Notes: generated from the sequence alone by a model not told the origin. A stretch of 64,000 nucleotides of DNA from an uncultured Aquificales bacterium (GCA_964453345.1 CAYVOC010000003.1:4997-68996), one strand, 5' to 3'. Positions 1 to 10,659 are shown, counted from the stretch's first letter. Translations and numbers: made by a program.

Positions 1-1826
1 GGTATCTCCTTGGATGCTATTTTCGCCATCTTTTTTAGCTCTTCCATAAGGTTGCTCTTTGTGTGGAGCCTTCCCGCCGTGTCTATTATCACCACATCCA
101 TGTTGCGGGCCTTGGCGGCCTTGACCGCATCGTATACCACCCCCGATGGGTCGGCTCCCTGCTTCTGTTTGATAACGGGGATGCCTATTCTTTCTCCCCA
201 CATCTCGAGCTGTTCTATGGCCGCAGCCCTGAAGGTGTCTCCGGCGGCGAAGAGAACCGAGTATCCCCTGTTTTTTAGAAGATACCCGAGCTTGGCTATG
301 GTGGTGGTCTTTCCGGTTCCGTTCACTCCCACCACCATTATCACGGTGGGCTTGTGGGATAGATCGAGCTTGCCCTCAGCCTTCTTTAGGATCCTGAGGA
401 TCTCCTCCTCCAATGCCCTGAGCAGTCCCTGTCCGCTTTTTATCTCGCCTATCTCTATCCTTCTTTTGAGGTTTCGTATGATCTCCTCTGTGGCCTCAAC
501 CCCCACGTCTGCGGCAAGGAGTATCTCCTCAAGCTCTTCAATGCTCACCTCTTTTATCTGCCTTTTGTCCTCTATCAGGGCCTCTATTCTGCCGAGTATG
601 GAGTCCTTGCTCTTCTTAAGTCCCTCTCTCAGGCGCTTGAAGAGGCTGTCTTCGGAGAGGATGGTTTCGCAGATGCTTACTATCTGTTGGTCTTCGGCCT
701 CCTTTTTGATCCTTTTGACCAGGGATTTGGCCTCCTTCTTGAGGGGGGTGTCCATCAGGGGTGCAAGGATCTTCAGCGCCCTGGGAAAGTCCTTCGCTTC
801 CGCGTATCCCCTGGCCAGCTTCAGCTTGAGCTGGTCGCTCAAGCTTCCGGAGATCTCAAGGGGGGAAAGGAGGCTTGTGAGATTCTTCCACATTCCCTTC
901 TCCTCGTAGTAGTCGGACAGCACCTCCAAGGCCTTTTCTTTTAGCCTTCCCGTCAGGAAGCGGAAGTTCTCCTTTATGAGGGTGATGCCCCTTTCCGGAT
1001 CCTCCTCATACAGGGCGCATCCCACTATGGTTTTGGCCTCCGGGGTTTCAATGCCCTCCACAAGTCTGCAGGCCTCCCCGGTCTTTCCCTTGGACAGCAG
1101 GGCCAGGGCCGCCTTGACCTTGAGGTTTTCTGAGTCCACTTCCTTGGCTATTCTCTCCGCTTCTTTTAGGTTTCCGGATTCCAGGTGGCACATGAGGGCC
1201 TTTTCAAGATCCCCCACCTCCTCGAAGAGGGATGCCGCCTTGCGGAAATCTCCCTGCTTGAGGTGCAGATCCGCAAGCATGTTTTTTGCCTCTTTCAGGT
1301 TGGATTTGGCCGCCTTTTCTAAGTAGTCCTTCGCCCTGTTCACTATGCCCTTTATCTGGTAGGCCCAGCCCGTGTAGAACCAGACTTCAGGGTCCTTCAC
1401 CTTCTCCACCTGGTTGAGGAAGAACAGGGCCGTGTCGGCGTCGCCCTTCTCAAGAAGTTCCCTCACAAGATCCCTGCACAGCTCCCACTTTACCACGGCC
1501 GAGGGTATCTTGCTGAAGGCCTCTTTGAATCCCTGATCGATCTTTCTCTCCTCAAGGGCGCTGAAAAGATCTCCCATGCCGTGGCCGAGACTTTTCAGCG
1601 GGGAGAGGTTTTTCTCCTTGAGATAGTCAGCGGCGGCCTTCTCTATCTCTTCCGCATCGGGCACCTTGGATGCGTCCTTTCTGACATTCTTCAGCTCCTT
1701 TTCGTTGTTCAGTATGTGGGCTATCATGAAGGCGCAGAGGGCTGCCCAGGGATCCTTCTTCTTTTTGGCGAGCTTCTTTAGATCCTTCAGCTCCTTTTTC
1801 AGGTCCTTTTCGCTTACTGTTGACAA
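1..1826 (-). CDS. ftsY: Signal recognition particle receptor FtsY with a long N-terminal TPR-like extension (3' end runs off the window)
   Basis: Manual translation of the minus strand is open from a TTG at 1826 (SD GGGAGG upstream, in-frame TAA just before) to the window edge. It contains LLAADVGVEAT, VGVNGTGKTTTIAKLG, AAGDTFRAAAIEQL and IIDTAGRLHTK. It is not in the ORF track because it has no stop in the window. Confidence 0.93.
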   Translation of the reverse strand, partial: MSTVSEKDLKKELKDLKKLAKKKKDPWAALCAFMIAHILNNEKELKNVRKDASKVPDAEEIEKAAADYLKEKNLSPLKSLGHGMGDLFSALEERKIDQGFKEAFSKIPSAVVKWELCRDLVRELLEKGDADTALFFLNQVEKVKDPEVWFYTGWAYQIKGIVNRAKDYLEKAAKSNLKEAKNMLADLHLKQGDFRKAASLFEEVGDLEKALMCHLESGNLKEAERIAKEVDSENLKVKAALALLSKGKTGEACRLVEGIETPEAKTIVGCALYEEDPERGITLIKENFRFLTGRLKEKALEVLSDYYEEKGMWKNLTSLLSPLEISGSLSDQLKLKLARGYAEAKDFPRALKILAPLMDTPLKKEAKSLVKRIKKEAEDQQIVSICETILSEDSLFKRLREGLKKSKDSILGRIEALIEDKRQIKEVSIEELEEILLAADVGVEATEEIIRNLKRRIEIGEIKSGQGLLRALEEEILRILKKAEGKLDLSHKPTVIMVVGVNGTGKTTTIAKLGYLLKNRGYSVLFAAGDTFRAAAIEQLEMWGERIGIPVIKQKQGADPSGVVYDAVKAAKARNMDVVIIDTAGRLHTKSNLMEELKKMAKIASKEI

Positions 1827-1848
1827 GGTATACCTCCCGAAGTAGCTT
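1820..1848 (+). promoter_or_regulatory. Putative sigma70 promoter for the 1859 ORF-trmB-MBL unit
   Basis: TTGACA (1820-1825), 17 nt spacer, TAGCTT (1843-1848). Confidence 0.5.
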
Positions 1849-1858
1849 TATTGCAGCC

Positions 1859-2170
1859 ATGTCTCATATCATTCTCAATGCGGATTTTGAAGATGTAAAG
1901 CGTCTGTTTGCCGGTGAGATGCTTGAGGGGGAGGGGGGAGGTGTGGTGCTCGTTGAGGCCTTCGGTTTTGTTCTGCCGGTGGTGGTTGCTCCTTCCCCCG
2001 GGGGCGTGATCGTGAGGGTGGAGAACGGGGATGGCCATCTGGATCAGGATATGGTTCAGATGGTTATAGCCTCCGTTGCTTCCCGGATAGCTGAGGCCCT
2101 TGCTGCAAAACCCGTGAGGGCTACCCTTTCGAGGAGGATTTTGCGCCACTATGGTCTACTTGACGCCTGA
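1859..2170 (+). CDS. Hypothetical protein (~103 aa)
   Basis: The ORF fills the gap between ftsY and trmB, overlaps the trmB start and has genome-typical codon use. No family recognised. Confidence 0.6.
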   Translation: MSHIILNADFEDVKRLFAGEMLEGEGGGVVLVEAFGFVLPVVVAPSPGGVIVRVENGDGHLDQDMVQMVIASVASRIAEALAAKPVRATLSRRILRHYGLLDA

Positions 2171-2951
2171 GGAGGCCTTGGGGGTTGTTCCGAGGCAGAG
2201 GGGCTGGGTTGTTGAGATAGGCTTCGGGAACGGGGCCTTTCTGAAGTGGTTGTCTACCCGCTTTGATCTCGTTCTGGGGCTGGATATAGCGAATCTCGCC
2301 TTTGAGAAGGCTAAATCCAGGCTTTCCGGGACCAATGCGGTGGTTGTTAAAAGCGATGCCCGTTTCTTTCTCAGGTATCTTGTTGCACCCCGGAGCCTGT
2401 CTGAGGTCTATATTCTCTTTCCCGATCCCTGGCCCAAAAACAGAAAGAGAAGGCTTATTGATGCGGATTTCGCCCGGCTTCTCTCCTCGCGCCTTGAGGC
2501 GGGGGGGAGGGTCTATGTGGCGACCGATCACGAGGATTACGCCCTGCAGATAGAGGAGACTCTGGGATCCGTTATGCGTAAAGATGATTGGCGGCTGCCT
2601 GTGGCCACAAAGTATATGCTCAAGTGGCAGAGGATGGGGAGGGGATACAGGGGCTTCTGCTTTGTGAACCATCGGCCCGTGGAGATGGACTTTACTCCCG
2701 CCCTCAGAAGTATTAGCTTGAGGCATGAGATAACCGCCCGTGTGGGAAGGGTTGTGAGATCGGAGGACGCCCTTCTGAAGGTTGACGGGCTTTTTGAGCG
2801 CGGCAAAAGAAGGCTTTACAGGCTGATCTACTCCGAGGGCGGTCTTTCCAGCAGATACTTCTTTCTTCAGGAGGACGGGTTTCTCTTTTCTCTGAACACC
2901 TGGGGGGAGGTCTTTCCGCCCCGGATGGTGGAGTTGCTGAAGCTTTTATAA
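2151..2951 (+). CDS. trmB: tRNA (guanine-N7)-methyltransferase with C-terminal extension
   Basis: Motifs EIGFGNG, FPDPWPK, ATDHEDYA and TKY. Confidence 0.9.
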   Translation: MVYLTPEEALGVVPRQRGWVVEIGFGNGAFLKWLSTRFDLVLGLDIANLAFEKAKSRLSGTNAVVVKSDARFFLRYLVAPRSLSEVYILFPDPWPKNRKRRLIDADFARLLSSRLEAGGRVYVATDHEDYALQIEETLGSVMRKDDWRLPVATKYMLKWQRMGRGYRGFCFVNHRPVEMDFTPALRSISLRHEITARVGRVVRSEDALLKVDGLFERGKRRLYRLIYSEGGLSSRYFFLQEDGFLFSLNTWGEVFPPRMVELLKLL

Positions 2952-2972
2952 TGTCGGCTGCGGAGGTGGGAC

Positions 2973-3821
2973 ATGTTCTACAAGGCACCTTGCAAAATAA
3001 AGGATGGTGTATGGGCGCTGGGGAATGAGCTTTTCCCGTGCTTCCTCGTTGAATGCAAGGGACGGCTTTTCCTTTTTGAGCCTTCCCTTTCGGGTGCCTA
3101 CCCTGAGCTTAAAGGGCAGATGGGGGATCTCGGTTGCTCCTTGGAGGATGTGGAGGCGGTTGTTGTGCTCCACTCCCATTACGATCATGTGATGATGCTT
3201 TTCCCCCTCCTGGATGAGGTGAAGATTCCGGTTTACGCCCACCCCTCTGCCAAGGGAGCCTTGGGTAAGCTGAAGGTTCTCTCCTTCTTCAGGGGAGCCG
3301 ATGACTACAGCAGCCGTAAGGTTTACGGGACCGTGCCTGAGTATTCCCTGAGGGAGGTGGAGTTTGAGGATATTGAGAGGCTGAAGGATATGGGGCTGGA
3401 GGTCTATCACCTTCCCGGTCACAGCCCCTGCTCTGTGGGGATAGGGTGCGGCGGTGCTCTCTTCGTTTCGGATGCCATCGGATTCTTCGGCAAGGAGCTT
3501 GGCCACAGTCCCCTCTTCTTCTACAGCTACGACCTATACATGGAATCCATAGAGAAGGTGGGCTCATTGGCGAAGGATTACGATGTGGTGATCATCGGAC
3601 ATAACTGTTATTTTGAGGGGAATGAGGCCCTGGAGGCCGTTGAGAGGGCGAGGGAGGAGGCGAGGGCCCTGAAAGATTCTATACTCTCCAGAGGCTTTAC
3701 CCCGGATAACCCCGATGAGCTGTTCAGGGAGCTGTATGTGGGAGAGTATCTCTACTATCCGCCGGAGATCATCAAGAACTGCGCCGTTTACCTCATAAAG
3801 AGGGCTTTAGAAGCCTCCTGA
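2973..3821 (+). CDS. MBL-fold metallo-hydrolase
   Basis: HSHYDH motif, PGHS, SDA and IIGH; SD GGAGGT upstream. Confidence 0.85.
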   Translation: MFYKAPCKIKDGVWALGNELFPCFLVECKGRLFLFEPSLSGAYPELKGQMGDLGCSLEDVEAVVVLHSHYDHVMMLFPLLDEVKIPVYAHPSAKGALGKLKVLSFFRGADDYSSRKVYGTVPEYSLREVEFEDIERLKDMGLEVYHLPGHSPCSVGIGCGGALFVSDAIGFFGKELGHSPLFFYSYDLYMESIEKVGSLAKDYDVVIIGHNCYFEGNEALEAVERAREEARALKDSILSRGFTPDNPDELFRELYVGEYLYYPPEIIKNCAVYLIKRALEAS

Positions 3822-4191
3822 TCCTCTCCCATGCCCTTTTATCTGCCGGGGCGAGGCTGTATTTCTCAACCTCCTCAGGGGGAACCAGGGCGACATTCTG
3901 GCACTCTATCGCCTTGGGATTCTCCTCTGTTCTTGCAAGCACAAAATGAAGCTTCACCTTCTTTTCGGGGTAGCTGTGGGTGAGGCTGAAGAGCACCTTC
4001 TCCGGTTTCACCCTTATGCCCAGCTCCTCCTCTATCTCCCTGATGAGGGCATCTTCAGGGGTCTCTCCCTCCTCGATCTTGCCCCCGGGGAACTCCCACA
4101 GGCCCTCTAAGTGATCCCCCTTCTTGCGCTGGGCAAGGATGATTCTGTCTTGCAACAGGATGACCCCTGCAACCACGTCAATCGCTTGCAT
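3793..4191 (-). CDS. mutT: MutT-like Nudix hydrolase (8-oxo-dGTP diphosphatase)
   Basis: WEFPGGKIEEGETPEDALIREIEEELG Nudix box. Start moved to ATG 4191 (SD GGAGGG). Confidence 0.85.
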   Translation of the reverse strand: MQAIDVVAGVILLQDRIILAQRKKGDHLEGLWEFPGGKIEEGETPEDALIREIEEELGIRVKPEKVLFSLTHSYPEKKVKLHFVLARTEENPKAIECQNVALVPPEEVEKYSLAPADKRAWERIRRLLKPSL

Positions 4192-4214
4192 GGCTGATCC
4201 CTCCTGCATATACT
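4186..4214 (+). promoter_or_regulatory. Putative sigma70 promoter of rsmH-murE (leaderless geometry)
   Basis: TTGCAT (4186-4191), N17, TATACT (4209-4214), then 7 nt to ATG 4222. Confidence 0.6.
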
Positions 4215-4221
4215 TGCTTGC

Positions 4222-5124
4222 ATGGGTGAGTCGGTTCATGTTCCGGTGCTTTTAGAGGAGGTTATAACCTATCTTCTGCCCTATCAAGACGGGATCATTG
4301 TGGATGCCACCGTTGGGGAAGGGGGGCATTCAAAACACATACTTGAGCGTGTCAAACCCAGAACCCTTGTTGCCGTGGACAGGGATATAGAGATCCTTTC
4401 GGTGGCGAGGGAGAGGCTGGCGGGCTACGAAAATGTTGTTTTCATATACGGGAACTACTCCAAGCTTCCGGAGCTTCTTGCGAAGGAGGGAATCGAGAGG
4501 GTTGATGCTGTTCTGATGGATCTGGGTATATCCTCCTACCATCTTGAGGATCCGGAGAGGGGATTTTCCTTCCTTGAGAAGGGTCCCTTGGACATGAGGC
4601 TCGACAGGGTCGGTTCTTCAAGGACGGCCTATGAGATTCTGAACGAGTGGTCGGAGAAGAGGCTTGCTTCTATCATTAAGGAGTATGGCGAGGAGCCCTG
4701 GGCCAAGAGGATAGCGAGAAGAATTGTTGAGATGAGGAAGGAAAGGCCCCTTAAAACCACGGAGGATCTGGTGAGAGCCGTTAAATCCGCCATCCCCAGG
4801 AAATACTGGCCCAAGAGGATACACGTTGCCACGAGAACCTTCCAGGCCATAAGAATAGCCGTGAATGAGGAGCTTGATCATCTGAAAGAGGCTTTGAAGG
4901 CGATAGTGAATCTGCTCAACCCCGGGGGCAGGCTCATTGTCATATCCTTCCACTCCCTTGAGGACAGGATAGTGAAGCACTCTTTTAAGAACTTTGAGAA
5001 AAAGGGTTGGGGATCTGTTCTCACCAAAAAGCCCCTTGTGCCGACCGAGGAGGAGGTTGAGCGCAATCCCAGGGCGAGAAGCGCCAAAATGAGGGTATTT
5101 GAGAAGAGCCATGAGGCTGAGTGA
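4222..5124 (+). CDS. rsmH: 16S rRNA m4C1402 methyltransferase
   Basis: HVPVLLEE, DATVGEGGHS, DLGISS, GPLDMR, ISFHSLEDRIVK and NPRARSAKMR. Confidence 0.97.
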   Translation: MGESVHVPVLLEEVITYLLPYQDGIIVDATVGEGGHSKHILERVKPRTLVAVDRDIEILSVARERLAGYENVVFIYGNYSKLPELLAKEGIERVDAVLMDLGISSYHLEDPERGFSFLEKGPLDMRLDRVGSSRTAYEILNEWSEKRLASIIKEYGEEPWAKRIARRIVEMRKERPLKTTEDLVRAVKSAIPRKYWPKRIHVATRTFQAIRIAVNEELDHLKEALKAIVNLLNPGGRLIVISFHSLEDRIVKHSFKNFEKKGWGSVLTKKPLVPTEEEVERNPRARSAKMRVFEKSHEAE

Positions 5125-6538
5125 GCTTGTCAGGACCGTGGGGGGGAGGGTTGTAAAGGGAAATCCTGAGGTTGAGGTGAGGGACCTTGTCTGCCATTCC
5201 CGCTTTTGCACTCCGGGATCCCTCTTTTTCGCCATGAAGGGTGAGTCCCTGGATGGGCACGATTTTGTAGGGGATGCGGTGGCGAGGGGAGCCGCTGCGG
5301 TTGCCGTCGAAAGACCCGTTGAGGTTGAGGGTGCATCCCTCTGGCTTGTGGATGATACGGCAAGGGCCTCGGTCGGGGCCTTGAGGAGGTTCTACGGGTC
5401 GGTTGATCGGAGGCTCTTTAAGGTGGGAATCACGGGCACAAACGGAAAGACAACGGTGGCTTATCTATTGTGGCAGTTCTTCAACCTGACCGGCAGACAG
5501 TGCGCCCTTGTGGGGACGGTGAAGTATGTGATCGGGGGGAGGGAGAGAAAGGCCCTGAACACCACTCCCGGGCTGTTCGAGCTGTGGAGGATCATGAAGG
5601 AAGCTAATCAGGGTGGTGATGAGGCGTTGGTTATGGAAGTCTCTTCCCACGGACTCAAGCAGGGCAGACTCGGAGATATAAGATTCCAGGTTTCCGTGTT
5701 CACCAACCTATCAAGGGATCATTTAGATTACCACGGAAGCATGGAGGATTACTTTTTAAGCAAGGCCCTTCTGTTCAGGGAGCATACGGAGGGCGTGTCC
5801 GTTGTAAATCTTGACGATCCCTGGGGAGAGAGGCTGGCGCGGGAGGTCCCCGCCAAGATTATTGGATACGGCATGGAAAAGGGTGAGGTGAGGGGAAGGG
5901 TGCTTGAGAGGTCCGTTGAGGGCATGAGGGTTGTTATTGATGGGGTTGAAGCGAGGACGAAGCTCATAGGCGATCACAATCTATACAACATCCTTGCCGC
6001 CTACGCCGTCGCCGGATCCCAGGGGCTCGGCAGCAGCTTCCTGGAGGCCCTGCCGGAGCTTGAGCCTCCCCCGGGCAGGCTTGAGCCGATAGAGGGCGAT
6101 GGTTTCTGGATCTTTGTTGACTACGCCCACACTCCGGACGCCTTGGAGAAGGTTCTTTTGGAGCTTAAGAGAATCTGTCCCGGGAGGCTCATGGTTGTGT
6201 TCGGGTGCGGCGGCGACAGGGACAGGGGCAAAAGACCCCAGATGGGCAGAATAGCGACCCAAATTGCCGATCTTGCCATTATAACCTCGGACAATCCGAG
6301 AACGGAGGATCCCGATGGCATAATAGAGGATATACTGAAGGGCGTTGTGGGGGATAACTATCTGGTGGAGGTTGACAGAAAAAGGGCCATAGAGAGGGCT
6401 ATCTTACTGGCGTCCGAAGGGGATGTGGTTCTGGTGGCAGGCAAGGGGCATGAGGATTATCAGATTGTTGGCGAAAGGAGGTTGCACTTCGACGACAGGG
6501 AGGTTGTCAGGGGCGTATTGAAAGAGAGGGGGATTTAG
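5111..6538 (+). CDS. murE: UDP-MurNAc-tripeptide synthetase (meso-DAP type)
   Basis: GITGTNGKTT, MEVSSH, FTNLSRDHLDYH, VDYAHTPDAL and the DNPR specificity motif. Confidence 0.96.
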   Translation: MRLSELVRTVGGRVVKGNPEVEVRDLVCHSRFCTPGSLFFAMKGESLDGHDFVGDAVARGAAAVAVERPVEVEGASLWLVDDTARASVGALRRFYGSVDRRLFKVGITGTNGKTTVAYLLWQFFNLTGRQCALVGTVKYVIGGRERKALNTTPGLFELWRIMKEANQGGDEALVMEVSSHGLKQGRLGDIRFQVSVFTNLSRDHLDYHGSMEDYFLSKALLFREHTEGVSVVNLDDPWGERLAREVPAKIIGYGMEKGEVRGRVLERSVEGMRVVIDGVEARTKLIGDHNLYNILAAYAVAGSQGLGSSFLEALPELEPPPGRLEPIEGDGFWIFVDYAHTPDALEKVLLELKRICPGRLMVVFGCGGDRDRGKRPQMGRIATQIADLAIITSDNPRTEDPDGIIEDILKGVVGDNYLVEVDRKRAIERAILLASEGDVVLVAGKGHEDYQIVGERRLHFDDREVVRGVLKERGI

Positions 6539-6576
6539 TGTATTGTTTCACAAAATCTCTTTTGCCGGAGGTTGCC

Positions 6577-6783
6577 ATGGAGTCCAACAGGGACTGGCTG
6601 GACTGGGTGTGGGGGTATGAGAGGCTTGGCGACTGGTTCTTCATGAGGGTTTTTCTGGCCTTGGTCTTTCTCATTATAGCAGCCGTTGTGCTCCACTTTG
6701 TGTTCCACAGCTACTACAAGATAGTTGAGGGCAAGACAGCCGTCTCCTTCATAAAGGGGATTGTGGGGCTGTTCACGGGTTAG
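6577..6783 (+). CDS. Small single-TM hypothetical protein (68 aa)
   Basis: SD GGAGG then ATG 6577; one hydrophobic stretch [19 protein letters not shown]. Confidence 0.6.
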   Translation: MESNRDWLDWVWGYERLGDWFFMRVFLALVFLIIAAVVLHFVFHSYYKIVEGKTAVSFIKGIVGLFTG

Positions 6784-7754
6784 TCCGTGTATCTTATCCT
6801 CGGGTCTATAAGTGCGTAGCTTATATCGGCCAGGAGGTTTCCTATAAGGGTCAGCACGGCTCCTATGGTCAAAATGCCCATTATTGTCGGGTAGTCTCTC
6901 GCCATGGCGGCCTCGTAGAACAGCTGCCCCATCCCTGGGATGGCGAAGATGGTTTCAAAGATCACGCTGCCTCCTATCAGTCCCGGGACGGAGAGTCCAA
7001 GCAGGGTGACTATGGGCATCAGGGCGTTTCTCAGAGCGTGCCTTGTTATAACGAGCCTCTCCGGCAGCCCCTTCGCCCTTGCAGTCGTTATGTAGTCCTG
7101 GTGCAGCACCTCAAGCATGCTCTGCCTCATGTAGCGGGAGAAGCCGGCGAGTCCCCCGAAGGCGCTTATGAAGACGGGAAGTATCAGGTGCTTTGCCCTG
7201 TCGATCCAGAGCGCAAGCCCTTTAAGCTGGGAGGCGTTTATGCTTTCGAGCCCCGATATGGGAAGTATTCTCAGCTTTATGCCAAAAAGTATCATTAAAA
7301 GAAGGGCAAGCCAGTATCCGGGCATGGAGAATCCTATGAAGACGAGAACCGTCAGCCCCTTGTCAAGCAGAGAATTTCTCTTAACCGCCGAGATGATCCC
7401 TATGGGTATGGCCACAATTAGTATCAGGCCTAAGGAGAGGAGGTTTATTATCAGGGTGACGGGCAGCCTCTCTTTTATCTTCTCTATCACCGGTTTTCCA
7501 TCAATAAAGGAGTTCCCGAAGTCCAGATGTATCACCCTCTTGAGCCAGATCAGATACTGCTCGTGCAGGGGCCTGTCCAGCCCGTAGAGCCTCTCCAGCT
7601 TCTTGACCGCCTCAGGCTTTACCTTGGGGTTGAAGGCCCCTTCATAAAAGGTTGGATTTCCCGGTGCAAGCCTTATAACAAAGAAGGTTATGAGGGTGAT
7701 GCCCATGAGAAGGGGCACGCAGTTTAGAAGCCTTATAACGATGTATCTCAGCAT
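6780..7754 (-). CDS. Peptide/nickel ABC transporter permease, OppB/DppB type
   Basis: RLAPGNP, GLDRPL..QY..WL, DFGNS and the EAA loop [10 protein letters not shown]. Confidence 0.92.
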   Translation of the reverse strand: MLRYIVIRLLNCVPLLMGITLITFFVIRLAPGNPTFYEGAFNPKVKPEAVKKLERLYGLDRPLHEQYLIWLKRVIHLDFGNSFIDGKPVIEKIKERLPVTLIINLLSLGLILIVAIPIGIISAVKRNSLLDKGLTVLVFIGFSMPGYWLALLLMILFGIKLRILPISGLESINASQLKGLALWIDRAKHLILPVFISAFGGLAGFSRYMRQSMLEVLHQDYITTARAKGLPERLVITRHALRNALMPIVTLLGLSVPGLIGGSVIFETIFAIPGMGQLFYEAAMARDYPTIMGILTIGAVLTLIGNLLADISYALIDPRIRYTD

Positions 7755-7761
7755 GGAACTT

Positions 7762-7790
7762 GATATATTGGTGCGGGTTGTTTATTTCAA
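7762..7790 (-). promoter_or_regulatory. Possible sigma70 promoter of the OppB-type gene (leaderless geometry)
   Basis: Minus strand TTGAAA, N17, TATATC, then 7 nt to ATG 7754. The -10 lacks the final T. Confidence 0.4.
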
Positions 7791-7875
7791 GGGTTAGGGG
7801 TCCCTGTGATGTTGACTAAGCGGTTCTGTTTGGATAAAGGCAAAAAGCTCAAGATATCGGAGGCGGAGGTAACGG

Positions 7876-8184
7876 ATGTTTGCCATAGTTGAGACGGGCG
7901 GAAAGCAGTATGCGGTCCAGGTAGGAGATATTCTCAGGGTTGAGAAGCTCCCCTATCAGGAAGGGGAGACCATAGAGCTTGACAGGGTTCTGCTCGTTGA
8001 GGGGGATTCCAGGAAGGTTGGCACCCCCTACATTGAAGGGGCCAGGGTTGTGGCAAAGGTTCTTAAGCACGGCAGGGGCAGAAAAATTATAGGGATGAAG
8101 TTCAAGCGCAGAAAGAACTATCGCCGCAAATGGGGCCACAGGCAGTGGTTCACAGAGCTTGAGATCCTTGAAATAAAGGCTTAG
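7876..8184 (+). CDS. rplU: 50S ribosomal protein L21
   Basis: [12 protein letters not shown]...[14 protein letters not shown]. Confidence 0.98.
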   Translation: MFAIVETGGKQYAVQVGDILRVEKLPYQEGETIELDRVLLVEGDSRKVGTPYIEGARVVAKVLKHGRGRKIIGMKFKRRKNYRRKWGHRQWFTELEILEIKA

Positions 8185-8196
8185 GGAGGTTGAGCC

Positions 8197-8460
8197 ATGG
8201 CGCATAAAAAGGGCGTTGGCAGCTCTAAGAACGGAAGGGATAGCATATCAAAAAGGTTAGGTGTTAAAAGGCACGATGGCCAGTTCGTTAAGGCTGGGAA
8301 CATCATCGTTCGCCAGAGGGGAACCAAGTTCTATCCCGGCGATAATGTGGGTATGGGCAGCGATTACACCCTCTTCGCCAAGATTGATGGCTTTGTGAAG
8401 TTTGTTTCCAGAAGGGGAAGAAAATACGTCTGCGTCTATCCCCAGCCAGTATCCGCTTGA
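8197..8460 (+). CDS. rpmA: 50S ribosomal protein L27
   Basis: [16 protein letters not shown]...RQRGTK. Confidence 0.98.
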   Translation: MAHKKGVGSSKNGRDSISKRLGVKRHDGQFVKAGNIIVRQRGTKFYPGDNVGMGSDYTLFAKIDGFVKFVSRRGRKYVCVYPQPVSA

Positions 8461-8467
8461 TGCTTGA

Positions 8468-9468
<1,001 letters not shown>

Positions 9469-9469
<1 letters not shown>

Positions 9470-10659
9470 TGGGCAAAGAGGAAAGGAGGAGGCAGCTCTT
9501 CTCCCATCCCATAAGAAGGGTTCTGGTGAAGGTTGGGTCCGGGGTTATAGCCTCCAAGGAAGGGGGATTGAGGGAGGAGAAGGTTGAGGAGGTGGTGGAT
9601 AACCTGCTCTTTCTGCGCTCCAAGGGCGTTGATGTGATACTTGTCTCGTCGGGTGCCGTTGCATGCGGTATGTCCATCCTCGGCATAAAAAAGAGGCCCG
9701 CCGAGATCCCGAAGAGGCAGGCCCTTGCGGCCGTTGGTCAGGCCCATCTTATAAGGGTGTATGAGCGATACTTTGACAGGGCCGGGGTGAAGGTGGGGCA
9801 GGTGCTTCTCACAAGGGACGATGTGGAGAACAGAAGAAGATACCTCAATGCGAAAAACGCCATAAACGAGCTTTTAAAGATGGGAATTGTTCCGGTGATA
9901 AACGAGAACGACACGGTTATGGTTGAGGAGATCAAGTTTGGGGACAACGATAGGTTATCGGCCCTGGTTGCCATTATGATGGATGTGGATCTTGTTATTA
10001 TGCTTTCCACTGTTGAGGGTCTTTACACCAAAAACCCTTCCTTGAAGGGCGCCAGGCTTATAGGCGTGGTGGATTGTGCCAAGGAGGATCCCTTTGAGAT
10101 CTGCTCTGTGGAGGGAAGCTCCTTTTGGGGAACGGGCGGGATGGAGTCAAAGCTTGTGGCTGTGTCTCAGCTTGTCTCTTCCGGCATTCCCGTGGTGATA
10201 GCCAAGGGGGAAAGGGGAGTTGTAGAGAGGATCCTCTCGGGGGAGAGTGTGGGAACCCTCTTTATCCCCGGCCGCAGGAGGGTTTCGGGCAAAAAGAGGT
10301 GGCTTGCCTTCGCCTCCCATCCTGCAGGTAGGGTGATCATAGACGACGGGGCCTATGTGGCCATAGTCAAGGGGGGCAAAAGCCTTCTTCCATCCGGTGT
10401 AATCGATGTCGAGGGAAGGTTTGAGGTGGGAGATGTGATAAGCTGCTGCACCGTTGACGGCAGGGAGGTTGCAAGGGGACTGTCCAACTACTCTTCAGAG
10501 GAGCTGGCGAAAATTAAGGGGTTGAAGACTTTTGAGATAGAGGCCGTTTTGGGTTATAAAAATTCTGATGAGGTTATACACAGGGACAACATGGTTGTGT
10601 GTGAGGGGCTTTTGACCAATACCACAACCCTGGAGGAGGTGTCGGGGAATGGATGTTAG
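9469..10659 (+). CDS. proB: Glutamate 5-kinase with PUA domain
   Basis: [30 protein letters not shown] and a C-terminal PUA (LLPSGV...IHRDNMV). Start placed at the TGATG overlap. Confidence 0.96.

Noticed and set aside
10-909. 299-aa plus-strand ORF in the track
   Set aside because: It is the antisense shadow of ftsY (Ser/Leu-rich, no motifs).
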